A stretch of DNA of 64,000 nucleotides from Candidatus Micrarchaeota archaeon (lineage in GTDB: Archaea; Micrarchaeota; Micrarchaeia; Micrarchaeales; CABMGC01), in contig JAJZKP010000001.1 of NCBI GenBank assembly GCA_021804105.1, forward strand, positions 43,168-107,167. Direction: 5' to 3'. This document shows, one piece after another, positions 38,308 through 47,439 of this stretch; within the stretch, counting starts at the first letter, position 1; the number at the start of each line of letters is the position of its first letter. Under the pieces are notes generated by a model. The model saw nothing but the letters and a program-made list of their open reading frames with translations. It did not search any database and was not told where the DNA came from. The translations under genes were made by a program, and so were the position numbers.

Positions 38308-39831
38308 ATGGTGAAGCCAGCGTACATAGTTGCAGGGATAATAGTGATAGTGGCTATAGTAGCGATAGCCTTCATGGCCAACAACCGCTCTTCAGTCTCA
38401 CAGCAGGCAGCATCAAACGGAAGCTCCAGCCAGCTCGCGGCTACGGTGCCAATACTGCTCACCGACCCTCCAACAGTTCCTTCCGGCACAACCTCCCTTG
38501 TTATCAATTACTCTGGCGAGCAGGTGCATCTTGCCGATGCAGGAAACGCCTCTGGATGGGTCAATGCAACAGGCAGCGGAAGCATAGACCTGCTTTCAGA
38601 AGTAAACCTTAGCCAGACCATAGGCGACGTCTCGCTTCCGGCAGGCGCGAAGATCAACATGGCAAGATTCGATATAGTCTCAGCACACATTACCATCAAC
38701 GGCACCACTTACAACATTACAGTGCCCAGCAGCAAGGTCACGGCGCACATCACATCAGGCCAGCAGGTCAATGGGTCCGCATCAATTCTCCTCGACCTCT
38801 CCCCTACTGTGGTAACTATAGTGACCAACTCATCTGCCGTATATGTGCTAGTGCCATCGGTAAGGGCAATAGTCACGCCTTCAACTGCCCTGACAGTTAC
38901 ATCGAATGGCCGTGCCAGCATAAGCGCAAATGTAAGGGCCAGGCTCGATGACGCAGCGCCAAATATCTCGATAACCAATGCCAGTATCACTGTATCAGGC
39001 GCAAATTCAACCCAGGTCTCGCTTACAGTGAAGGACAACTCAAACCAGAGCATTACCCTGCGCCATGTTAACGTTTTCGGGAACGTCAGCATGCACTTCA
39101 ACAATACCGCCCTCGCAGCTCACATCGATTCCATTGTTAATTCAACCGATGCGGAATTGGAGACTGAATGCACAAACATCAGCGCATCATCTACTGTCAC
39201 CTCGCAGAACGATGGCGGGAACTCAGTCGTCCGAGGAAACTACAGTGCAGACGCATCAGCTAACTATATCCCATCGCGACCAAACCATGACAATTACAAT
39301 ACTCTTGGAGTTACAGGCAAGTTGAATGTATCCGCTAACGCGGCAGGAAACAACACCTCAAGCGGAGAGGATACCGGGTTCAATGCCTCTGCGTTTGATT
39401 CCCATTTCCACCTCAACGGCACCATACATGTCAACGGATTCGAAGGAGCCGATGGCCTGAATGTCACGAATGGGATATGCAATGCAAGCTGGCTTGCAAA
39501 CTTGAGCGCAAGGATAAGGCAGGCCCAGGTCATGGCCAGCGACAGAATCCAGGCGCAACTCATGTACTCTAGCCACAGGACAGCATTCGCGCTCCTGGTA
39601 AACTCTTCCGGCTCCCTCTCATCCCCATCTTCAGAGCAGGATCTTAATTACTCGAACAGCGGCCTCACTCTACAGCCCGGGCAGTCCGCAACGCTCTACT
39701 TCAGCGGCACATTAGCCCACGAATACCATGATGGGTTCTTCTCCGCATCGCTTGTATCTGGAGACAGCTACAGGGTGATGGTAATGGGGACACAGGATGC
39801 GTTCGCCTCTGTAAATGTAACGGCTAAGTGA
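38308..39831 (+). CDS. membrane-anchored extracellular glycoprotein with a DUF4382-like N-terminal domain
   Basis: The N-terminal TM helix is followed by a DUF4382-like pattern (VPILLTDPP...VHLADAGNASGWVN...IDLLSEVNLSQTIGDVSLPAGAKINMARFDI). Many N-x-S/T sequons are present. Confidence 0.6.
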   Translation: MVKPAYIVAGIIVIVAIVAIAFMANNRSSVSQQAASNGSSSQLAATVPILLTDPPTVPSGTTSLVINYSGEQVHLADAGNASGWVNATGSGSIDLLSEVNLSQTIGDVSLPAGAKINMARFDIVSAHITINGTTYNITVPSSKVTAHITSGQQVNGSASILLDLSPTVVTIVTNSSAVYVLVPSVRAIVTPSTALTVTSNGRASISANVRARLDDAAPNISITNASITVSGANSTQVSLTVKDNSNQSITLRHVNVFGNVSMHFNNTALAAHIDSIVNSTDAELETECTNISASSTVTSQNDGGNSVVRGNYSADASANYIPSRPNHDNYNTLGVTGKLNVSANAAGNNTSSGEDTGFNASAFDSHFHLNGTIHVNGFEGADGLNVTNGICNASWLANLSARIRQAQVMASDRIQAQLMYSSHRTAFALLVNSSGSLSSPSSEQDLNYSNSGLTLQPGQSATLYFSGTLAHEYHDGFFSASLVSGDSYRVMVMGTQDAFASVNVTAK

Positions 39832-39880
39832 GGCTTCGGCCTTGGAAGATGCAGGAATATGCAACTTAAACAGACCTTCC

Positions 39881-40690
39881 CTAAATAATTCTCATTACTG
39901 CATCCATGTATGCATTCCGCCTAAGCTGTTTCATTACTCCAGGAAGCTCCGCCATCGTACGTCTATCTAGGTCTTCACGTTTTAATGCTTCCTTCACTTC
40001 TGGATCTGAATCCTTTTCTAATACGGTATGCATTACCTCTGCCGATTTTTGGTCCAGGTCACGTAATCTTTCTACTACTCTTATCCTTACTTTGCTACTT
40101 CTGTCCCGCACCAAGGCCTGAAACAGTTCCGGATCTGTAGATTTATTGGTATGTGCTAATGTCCAACGTACATATGGGCTTTTATCTTTCAGAAGCATTT
40201 GTATGACCTGCCCATTAAGATTATTACCCTGTAAGGCAAGTGCCTGTCTTATATCTCTCGATTGGTCCTGCGCTAAGAGAATCTGCACTTCTTTAGTGAG
40301 GTGCTCGTTGCCAGAAAGAGACAGCCTTACTCCTAATTCCCTATCCTTTGCTAGTATGGACTGTACCTCTGGTATGGTTGTGTGTTTAGCTATATTACTC
40401 CTTACATATGGATGGTTGTCAGAAGCTAATATCTGTTGAACTTCAGGAGTTAATTGCTTATTAAATCTTGCTAGCGAATTTCTAACTTCCCAATGGGGAT
40501 GCTGGGCCAGCTGGAACTGCAACTCAGGGTCCTTTATACTAGCTAACATATTCCACTTTTTACTTATATTAGGTTCGTTTACTATGCTCTCTACGCCAGC
40601 CACTTTCCGGGCAGGTTGCCTTCTAATTAAATCCATATTATCAGTACATACTATCGATTTTCTCATTCTTAAATCTAATTTTTTTAGCAA
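39881..40690 (-). CDS. HEAT/leucine-rich-repeat-variant (LRV) repeat protein
   Basis: The protein has a roughly 24-aa periodicity of the form LA-D----VR--LA (HWEVRNSLA, HPYVRSNIA, ELGVRLSLS, SRDIRQALA, SPYVRWTLA, SSKVRIRVV). The gene is visibly AT-rich. Confidence 0.6.
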   Translation of the reverse strand: MLKKLDLRMRKSIVCTDNMDLIRRQPARKVAGVESIVNEPNISKKWNMLASIKDPELQFQLAQHPHWEVRNSLARFNKQLTPEVQQILASDNHPYVRSNIAKHTTIPEVQSILAKDRELGVRLSLSGNEHLTKEVQILLAQDQSRDIRQALALQGNNLNGQVIQMLLKDKSPYVRWTLAHTNKSTDPELFQALVRDRSSKVRIRVVERLRDLDQKSAEVMHTVLEKDSDPEVKEALKREDLDRRTMAELPGVMKQLRRNAYMDAVMRII

Positions 40691-40925
40691 TTATTGTATA
40701 AAAGTTTGTTCTTTTGGTATACCGTGTTAACTGCGCGGTTAAATGAATCAGTCTGAAACAAAATGCAATAATGTTTCATACCTGATGTAAGCAAGTACAT
40801 AACCAGGCTAGTAGACTTGTCCAGGACCGAAATGCACGTAGTCATTGGCGCAAGCCCAAGGACAACTCTTGCATTTATGATCTGTGACAAGTCAAAGGCC
40901 CATGGAAACTGCCATAGCCACAGGT

Positions 40926-40999
40926 TGCCGCAGGTCGGATTTGAACCAACAATCTTCCCGTCTTCAGCGGGACGCTCACCCAGATTGAGCTACTGCGGC
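40926..40999 (-). tRNA. tRNA-Phe (anticodon GAA)
   Basis: The reverse complement folds as a cloverleaf. The acceptor is GCCGCAG/CUGCGGC and the anticodon arm is UCCCG-CUGAAGA-CGGGA. Confidence 0.9.
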
Positions 41000-41055
41000 A
41001 TTTGATAAATATCTCTAGCCTTATAACTATTAAGAGAATATCACAATTGGTATTT

Positions 41056-42612
41056 ATGGCTATTGATGAAAGATGGCGAGTACTTGGCGAAGCATCGACG
41101 CTCCTCAACCTTGAGGGCATCGAGTTCAGGGAGTACCAATTCAACATAATCAAATCCGTCATAGAGCATGGCAATACCCTTGTCGTTCTCCCTACTGGTC
41201 TCGGCAAGACCATAATAGGCGCCGGAATCATCGCGCACGCACTCTCTGAGGGCAGGAAGGCTCTTTTCCTAGCCCCGACAAAGCCCCTAGCCGAGCAGCA
41301 TTATCACTCAGTATCAAAGCTGCTGTCACTTGAGCAGGAAAAGATAATCCTCCTTACAGGATCAATAGCCAAGGCGAGCAGGAAGGCCGCTGAATCAGGT
41401 TCGCGTGTGATAATCGCCACGCCACAGACGGTTGCCAACGATCTCAGGGACGGCATGCTTTCCCTGGACGATTTCGGTGCAGTCATATTCGATGAGTGCC
41501 ACCGCGCAGTGGGAAAGTATGCGTATACATACATTGCCAACGAGTGCATGGTGCGCGACATACTCATTGTAGGGCTTACCGCTTCACCAGGAGGCAAGAA
41601 GGAGAGGGTAAATGCGCTTGTCAAGGCTCTTGGCATAGAGCACATAGAGGTGCGCATCTCTACTGACAGGGATGTTGTGAAATACGTGATGCCAAAGAAC
41701 ATCCACGTAATAGGGGTTGACCTGAGCCCAAGGATAAAGCAGATTGCCAATATAATAAGGCCTGAGATAAACGAGGCGCTCAACGGACTGCACAAGCTCG
41801 GCCTTTTCCACTTCAATAATTTCGACAACATACCGAAGGGCCGATTGATAGAGCTTGGCAACCAGATAGGCCGCATGCCCACCAACAGCTACAAGTACGC
41901 TGCCATGTTCAGCTACTCGAAGCTGCTCAACCTTACTCACGCCTATGACCTGCTTGTGATAGAGGGCATATACCCGTTTTCCAGGTACATAGAATCGCTC
42001 TACGAGAAGGAGAAGAAGAGCCGAACCCTGGAATCCCTCCTCAAGAGCGGCAACATTATAACAGCAAGGAACCTGGCCACTACTGCTCTCAAGGGCGGCG
42101 AGGAGCACCCAAAGGTGATGATGGTCCTTGACATAATGCGAAAGTTCAAGGGCCAGAAGGTGATGCTCTTTGCGCAATACCGTTCTACGATAAAGATGCT
42201 CGTTGAATATCTCAACAACAACGATTTCCCTGCTCGGCCTTTCGTTGGCAAGAAGGAAGGCATAACGCAGGAACAGCAGAAGCAGACCATAGAGGACTTC
42301 AAGGCCGGAAAGTTCAGCGTATTGGTCGCAAGCTCTATAGGGGAAGAAGGCATCGACATACCCGGAGTAGACATAGTCATGTTTTACGAAGCCATACCAA
42401 ACGAGATAAGGAACATCCAGCGAAGGGGCAGGACAGGAAGGTTTGCCTCGGGGGACATATACATGCTCGTGGCCAATGGCACAAAGGACCAGGTCTACCT
42501 TCACGTATCGCGCATGCGCGAGCTGAAGATGCTTGAAGTGCTCGACAATATCGATAGAAGGCTGGCTACAGAGAGAAGTGTTGGTGCAGGCAACCAAGGC
42601 ACCCTAATCTGA
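41056..42612 (+). CDS. hef: Hef/FANCM-family (ERCC4-like) SF2 helicase, helicase module only
   Basis: Motifs are YQFNII, LPTGLGKT, FDECH, TASPG and QRRGRTGR. There is no ERCC4 nuclease or HhH domain after motif VI. I prefer the ATG at 41056 over the tracked start at 41002. Confidence 0.8.
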   Translation: MAIDERWRVLGEASTLLNLEGIEFREYQFNIIKSVIEHGNTLVVLPTGLGKTIIGAGIIAHALSEGRKALFLAPTKPLAEQHYHSVSKLLSLEQEKIILLTGSIAKASRKAAESGSRVIIATPQTVANDLRDGMLSLDDFGAVIFDECHRAVGKYAYTYIANECMVRDILIVGLTASPGGKKERVNALVKALGIEHIEVRISTDRDVVKYVMPKNIHVIGVDLSPRIKQIANIIRPEINEALNGLHKLGLFHFNNFDNIPKGRLIELGNQIGRMPTNSYKYAAMFSYSKLLNLTHAYDLLVIEGIYPFSRYIESLYEKEKKSRTLESLLKSGNIITARNLATTALKGGEEHPKVMMVLDIMRKFKGQKVMLFAQYRSTIKMLVEYLNNNDFPARPFVGKKEGITQEQQKQTIEDFKAGKFSVLVASSIGEEGIDIPGVDIVMFYEAIPNEIRNIQRRGRTGRFASGDIYMLVANGTKDQVYLHVSRMRELKMLEVLDNIDRRLATERSVGAGNQGTLI

Positions 42613-43749
42613 TCAGAGGTATTGGCCCGGATGCCCAGGCAGCTGCGTTGCTCCGTCTACCCTGCGTACGTCTTTCAGCAGGACCTCCTCCTGCATCTCA
42701 GAAAGTTGCAGGCCAGTGGCAAGCAATTCCGACACCGCGCCTTCCATTCCCTTTACCTTCATGTACCTCTCTGCTGCGGACTTGAGTATGTAGTGCGCTT
42801 TGTCGAAGTTGCCGTTGTCAGATGCGAATCCAGCAGCAAGGACTGTCAGCCCGACCGCTACCGTTGCAGCTGCCATGCTTAGTCCCTCCGCCCCATGATC
42901 GTTTGTCAGGACATTCCTGTCTAGATTGTTTACAGCATGGAGGCATTCTTGCAGTGCTAGCTCGCGCTTCATTCCCGCCCGTGCATGATCCGCATCGTTC
43001 AAGTAAGCATTCTTGCCCATTGGGCTGCGTATATAATCTGCAATGACCTTGGTCAGCCCCTCTCCGAATGCCACTATCCCCGCATGGGTGAATGCGTCTA
43101 TGGTATCCCTCGCGAACCCGAAAGCTCCTTCCTCGTCATCAGCCTTTACCATCAGTTCAACAGCCCTTGATTTCAGAGTTGCAGAAGTCCTGCTCAGCTC
43201 CTTGGTCCTCTGGGTCTTTGTGACACCTTCATTGTCAGTAGCTAGGAGCGATTTCCTTGCCTTGTCAAGCTTCTTGGCCATCTCATCCTGCCTGGTCTTA
43301 AGCACCTCAAGGTCATGCGCCAGCCTCTCCTGCTCCTGTGCATCAGAAGCCTGCGTTGCTCTCTGTGCAAGGGCTCCGGCCTCATCTGCCCTTTTCATTG
43401 AAGCTGCCTCAAGCTTTACTACTGCCTGCATAGCAGAATTGACCTCTCCAGCCAGCCCGAAGAGCGTATTGTCTATACTTACTGAAGCATCTACCAATGC
43501 AGCTGCAACCGTACTCCTAATCTCCTTTGCCTCAGAGGCCCTTCCCGTCCTCTCGTGGAACCCGGCTATCCTGTCCGCGTAGCTTGCGTATTCCATAAGC
43601 CGCGCAGGATCCTTTATCTTGTCCAGCGGCCCGAATCCAGAAATACCGGCTTCATACAGTTCAAGCAACGAATTTGCATACCAGTTCTTTGTCGCGAGCA
43701 GATCCTTCTTAAAGCTCACGGCCTGCTCTCTTGCGTTTGCTACTTGCAT
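42613..43749 (-). CDS. hypothetical alpha-helical protein
   Basis: 378 aa, Ala/Glu/Lys-rich with a helical character. No motif recognised. Confidence 0.45.
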   Translation of the reverse strand: MQVANAREQAVSFKKDLLATKNWYANSLLELYEAGISGFGPLDKIKDPARLMEYASYADRIAGFHERTGRASEAKEIRSTVAAALVDASVSIDNTLFGLAGEVNSAMQAVVKLEAASMKRADEAGALAQRATQASDAQEQERLAHDLEVLKTRQDEMAKKLDKARKSLLATDNEGVTKTQRTKELSRTSATLKSRAVELMVKADDEEGAFGFARDTIDAFTHAGIVAFGEGLTKVIADYIRSPMGKNAYLNDADHARAGMKRELALQECLHAVNNLDRNVLTNDHGAEGLSMAAATVAVGLTVLAAGFASDNGNFDKAHYILKSAAERYMKVKGMEGAVSELLATGLQLSEMQEEVLLKDVRRVDGATQLPGHPGQYL

Positions 43750-43887
43750 GCCCCATCCCCGCTATCAAAATCCCGTTTTTTATTTAAAAGCGTTTTCTAC
43801 AATTTTTCAGCCAGGCTGCGCCCCATCAGCGGTGCACACTTGAGTAGCTTTATATAAATTGAGGAGCATATCCTTAGCGGAGGTTAC

Positions 43888-44727
43888 ATGCAGAAGAAGT
43901 ATCTATATGGTCTAGTTGTCGCAGTAATAGTTGTCGTTGTAGTTTCGCTCATTGTGCTCACGAACAAGCCCGCACCGTCTAATCCCGGCCTCGCATCATA
44001 CGACAACCAGATAGTGCCGCAGTCCCTAATCTCGATGCTGAAGGTTCCTGCCAACGTAAGCAATGCCGTCAATGTCTCAAGGTCTGAGAGCAACAGGGTG
44101 GTTGCGCCTCTCACGAGGACCGGAATAAACGCAACGCCTCTTGAAGCCAATGGCAAGCCGCTTATGCTCTACATAGGCGCCGAGTACTGCCCGTACTGTG
44201 CAGCCGAGAGGTGGGCAATGGCAGTAGCACTGCTAAGGTTCGGCAACTTCACCAACCTTAAGTACATGACCTCAAGCCAGGTTGATGTAGATGCAGGCAC
44301 ACCCACATTCACTTTCTACAACGCCACCTACACAAGCCCATATCTCACGTTTGTCGCAGTGGAGACCACAACAAACAAGCAAGCAAACAGCTCCTACAAG
44401 GGCCAGACCATAGACGGATACCCGGTGCTGCAGATACCGAACGGTTCTGAGAACAACATTTTCAGCGCATACAACCCCGGCGGCTCGATACCTTTCGTTG
44501 ACATAGCAAACAGGTCCGTGCAGATAGGCGCAAGCTATGACCCTGCCATAGTGCTTGACGGCCAGAACTGGACCCAGGTGGCAACGGAGCTTAACAATCC
44601 CGGATCGATCCAGGCACAGGCAATACTCTCAACTGCGAACATGTTCACTGCGCAGATCTGCCTTGCCGATGGGAATCAGCCTGCAAGCGTCTGCAGCCAG
44701 CCTTACGTGACCGCGCTCGAGAAGTGA
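43888..44727 (+). CDS. DUF929-family thioredoxin-like protein, membrane anchored
   Basis: An N-terminal TM helix and the DUF929 signature block [27 protein letters not shown], which includes a CPYC redox motif. Confidence 0.7.
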   Translation: MQKKYLYGLVVAVIVVVVVSLIVLTNKPAPSNPGLASYDNQIVPQSLISMLKVPANVSNAVNVSRSESNRVVAPLTRTGINATPLEANGKPLMLYIGAEYCPYCAAERWAMAVALLRFGNFTNLKYMTSSQVDVDAGTPTFTFYNATYTSPYLTFVAVETTTNKQANSSYKGQTIDGYPVLQIPNGSENNIFSAYNPGGSIPFVDIANRSVQIGASYDPAIVLDGQNWTQVATELNNPGSIQAQAILSTANMFTAQICLADGNQPASVCSQPYVTALEK

Positions 44728-44744
44728 AGAGGTTTTGATTCCTC

Positions 44745-45155
44745 ATGGCCCTTGGAAAACTTGCCAAAATAGTCCTTGTCCTTGCAGTCATAGGCATGCT
44801 TGACACCGCATACCTCACGTACGACCATTATACGAATACCGCAGTCGCTTGCCCCACGCACGGAGTGATAAACTGCGGGAATGTCCTGAGCAGCCAGTAT
44901 TCCGTGCTCCTCGGAGTGCCGTTCGCAGTCTGGGGTCTTGTCTTCTTCATAATCGAGATAGCCATAATACTTCTGGTGAGGAACAAGGATCTCTTCGTCA
45001 TATACAACGGCATAGGTATAGCATTCGTAGCCTATCTGCTCTATGCCGAGTACATGATAGGAAACATCTGCTTATACTGCACCCTAGTCCACATAATAGT
45101 TGTAACCACCTTTATAATTTCCATACTTGATTATGATGCCAAAAGCACTGCCTGA
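44745..45155 (+). CDS. vitamin K epoxide reductase (VKOR) family protein
   Basis: 136 aa with 4 TM segments. A loop cysteine pair (CPTHGVINC) and a CxxC in the last helix (CLYC) are present. Confidence 0.75.
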   Translation: MALGKLAKIVLVLAVIGMLDTAYLTYDHYTNTAVACPTHGVINCGNVLSSQYSVLLGVPFAVWGLVFFIIEIAIILLVRNKDLFVIYNGIGIAFVAYLLYAEYMIGNICLYCTLVHIIVVTTFIISILDYDAKSTA

Positions 45156-46089
45156 ATACGACGGCAAGCTCACATGCAGCAAGCTCTCCAAAAAGTACGA
45201 GGAAGGGAAATACGCACTTAAGGACGTAAGCTTCTCGATCCCTGCACAAGGCATTTTTGCACTCATCGGCCGCAATGGCGCAGGGAAGACTACCCTTGTC
45301 AGGATACTCTCCACGCAGCTCATGCCCACCTCCGGCACGGTTTCGATAGACGGAATGGACGTGGTCACGCAGGCCAGGGAGCTCAGGGAGATGATAGCAT
45401 GCGTGCCGCAGGAGGCAAGAGCCATTGGATGGCTCACTGCAAGGCAGTCAATAACCGCATACCTTATGTGGAGGGGCTTTACCGGCAAGGAGGCCAGGAA
45501 GAGGACAGCCGAAGCCGCAAGGAAGCTGGGGATCACAAAATACCTTGACAAGCAGAACCGTCTCTTGTCCGGCGGGACAAAGAGGAAGGTGCTTGTGGCA
45601 ATGGTCATGGCATCAGAGGCCTCAATCCTCTTCCTCGATGAACCTACGACAGGACTTGATCCTATATCAAGGGACGAGCTCTGGAACACGCTGAGGGAAC
45701 TGAAGAAGGATCATTTCATCTTCCTAACCACGCACTATCTCGAGGAAGCTGAGAGGCTTGCTGACAAGATAGGCATACTGGAAGACGGCCAACTGAAGGC
45801 ACTGGGAACTCTTGACGACCTGAGAAGCAAGGTCAAGTATCCGTACAGCATAAAGATCCTCTCCGAATTCAGGATCGCAAAGCCGAAGAACGGCGAAGTT
45901 ATCAGGGGCGTGGACGGGCACCTCCAGATAGTCACCACCGAGCAGGAGGCTAACAAGCTCTCAAGGAAGCTCATAGACAAGAAGGTAAGGTTCTCAATGA
46001 ATCCCATGACACTTGACGATATATTCTATTTCATAGTAAGGAAACCGATAGACGATGAGGATTATGACAATGAAGAGGAACGGGATTAG
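45133..46089 (+). CDS. ABC transporter ATP-binding protein (ABC-2/drug-exporter type)
   Basis: Walker A is GRNGAGKTT, the signature is LSGGTKRK and Walker B is ILFLDEPTTGLD. Confidence 0.9.
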   Translation: MMPKALPEYDGKLTCSKLSKKYEEGKYALKDVSFSIPAQGIFALIGRNGAGKTTLVRILSTQLMPTSGTVSIDGMDVVTQARELREMIACVPQEARAIGWLTARQSITAYLMWRGFTGKEARKRTAEAARKLGITKYLDKQNRLLSGGTKRKVLVAMVMASEASILFLDEPTTGLDPISRDELWNTLRELKKDHFIFLTTHYLEEAERLADKIGILEDGQLKALGTLDDLRSKVKYPYSIKILSEFRIAKPKNGEVIRGVDGHLQIVTTEQEANKLSRKLIDKKVRFSMNPMTLDDIFYFIVRKPIDDEDYDNEEERD

Positions 46090-46813
46090 CCAGCTCTACG
46101 CATCGATACTGGTCAATGCGATCTTCGCTATGGTCAATTATCCGATAGTACTGATCAGCACCATCCTAGCTCCATTCTCCCTGCTGATAGTGATAACTTT
46201 CGTGAGCCACGGTACCCTGCTGCCCGTGGCAATAGCAGGGGCTTTGGTAATGACAATGATCTCCGCAGGCACGAGCATGCAGCAGGACCTCTCGCACCTG
46301 AAGAACGATTTCAAGCTCCAGGACATGATAGTAAGTTCTCCTGCAACCGCCATGATCTACCTGATCGGGATGGCCCTGTCCGAGATAGTGTACTCCATCC
46401 CTGCGCTTGTAGTGCTCTTAATCCTCGCCGCAATATACGTGCACGCTACCCTGATTGGTGCAATAGTCATGTTTTTCGTCATAACTATAATGTTCATCTT
46501 CGCGGTCTCCCTAGGGTTCGTGCTCTCCACGCTTACCTCAGATGTTGTGCAGAGCTGGGCATTTGGCGGCATAGTCTCAACCATACTCTCTGCATTGCCG
46601 CCAGTATACTACCCAATAACGTACATACCAATGCCGTGGCAGTACCTGGCATACCTCTCCCCTGCAACCTACGCTGCCGAGATAATGCAGAACACGGTCG
46701 GGCTGACGAATTTCAGCAGCACAACAATACTCATTGACTGGATAGTTATCATAGCAGTAGCTGCGGTAATGGTATACGTGGCAGTCAAGAAAGCCAAATG
46801 GCGTGAGGATTGA
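46055..46813 (+). CDS. ABC-2 type transporter permease
   Basis: 252 aa with six hydrophobic segments. It overlaps the 3' end of the ATPase gene. Confidence 0.75.
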   Translation: MRIMTMKRNGISQLYASILVNAIFAMVNYPIVLISTILAPFSLLIVITFVSHGTLLPVAIAGALVMTMISAGTSMQQDLSHLKNDFKLQDMIVSSPATAMIYLIGMALSEIVYSIPALVVLLILAAIYVHATLIGAIVMFFVITIMFIFAVSLGFVLSTLTSDVVQSWAFGGIVSTILSALPPVYYPITYIPMPWQYLAYLSPATYAAEIMQNTVGLTNFSSTTILIDWIVIIAVAAVMVYVAVKKAKWRED

Positions 46814-46838
46814 CATATAACGATAAAAACGTGATCGA

Positions 46839-47114
46839 ATGGTAGACAAGATAAGATGTGCGCATATCCTGGTGGCCAACGAGCAGCAGGCGAAGGAAAT
46901 CCTCGAGAAGCTCGGCAATGGCGAGAAGTTCGCAAACCTGGCTCAGCAGTACTCGCTTGACGGATCAGGCAAGCGTGGCGGCGACCTTGGCGTATTCGGG
47001 CATGGAGTAATGGTAAGGGAGTTCGAGAAGGCAGCGTTTTCACTTCAGAAAGGCCAGGTATCCGGAATAGTCAAGACCCAGTTCGGCTACCACATCATAA
47101 AGAGGCTGGAATAA
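46839..47114 (+). CDS. parvulin-type peptidyl-prolyl cis-trans isomerase (PpiC/PinA-like)
   Basis: 91 aa, with CAHILV, KRGGDLGVFGHGVMVREFEKAAF and SGIVKTQFGYHIIKRLE. Its last 23-29 nt are the repeat unit of the downstream array. Confidence 0.9.
   Translation: MVDKIRCAHILVANEQQAKEILEKLGNGEKFANLAQQYSLDGSGKRGGDLGVFGHGVMVREFEKAAFSLQKGQVSGIVKTQFGYHIIKRLE
47091..47113 (+). repeat. R1: array core repeat CACATCATAAAGAGGCTGGAATA (the native end of the parvulin CDS)
   Basis: Read directly. It encodes HIIKRLE plus the first two bases of the stop codon. Confidence 0.95.
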
Positions 47115-47156
47115 GTGCTTACACTTTCTAGGTGCATATTTATACCATCTAAACGT

Positions 47157-47169
47157 AAAGTTTATATAT
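47157..47169 (+). promoter_or_regulatory. cassette promoter module AAAGTTTATATAT (BRE/TATA-like), TA1
   Basis: The TTTATATAT starts 30 nt upstream of ATG 47191. Near-identical modules occur in the other two cassettes. Confidence 0.5.
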
Positions 47170-47190
47170 GTCTAGATGCTATATAAAAAT

Positions 47191-47439
47191 ATGGTCAAGA
47201 CAACGATAATGCTAGAAGACAAGCTCTATCAAGAGCTTGTGGAAGAATCCGTAAAGGAGTATGGTAGTACAAGAAAACTATCCCTACTTATAAACAAAAG
47301 GCTTAAGGCTAGCAAAGCGAAGGCACCACGAAAGAAACTAACTCTGAAAATCATAGACCTAGGCAGGCGGGTAACAGAGAAGGAGATAGAAGATGCGATA
47401 GACGAGGGTTTTGCAGAAGCGATAAAATGGAGTGCGTGA
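47191..47439 (+). CDS. vapB: VapB-type antitoxin (TA1)
   Basis: 82 aa from ATG 47191, with the N-terminal pattern TTIMLEDKLYQELVEES. It overlaps the downstream PIN gene by 13 nt. Confidence 0.6.
   Translation: MVKTTIMLEDKLYQELVEESVKEYGSTRKLSLLINKRLKASKAKAPRKKLTLKIIDLGRRVTEKEIEDAIDEGFAEAIKWSA

Noticed and set aside
41584-42597. A 337-aa ORF on the minus strand, antisense to the Hef helicase gene. Similar long antisense ORFs occur at 31322..32074 (opposite AIM24), 8468..9286 (opposite gyrA), 30516..31109 (opposite gatE) and 43043..43582.
   Set aside because: They lie entirely inside genes with strong, motif-supported identities on the other strand. Their own sequences are low-complexity or Ser/Leu/Arg-rich with no motifs. 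These are typical shadow ORFs of moderately GC-rich coding DNA.
47088-47115. Whether the array repeat behaves like an integron attC site, meaning an imperfect palindrome that forms a hairpin.
   Set aside because: I found no internal inverted symmetry in the 23-29 nt core or its immediate flanks by eye. The analogy to integrons is therefore architectural only, and I do not call these sites attC.
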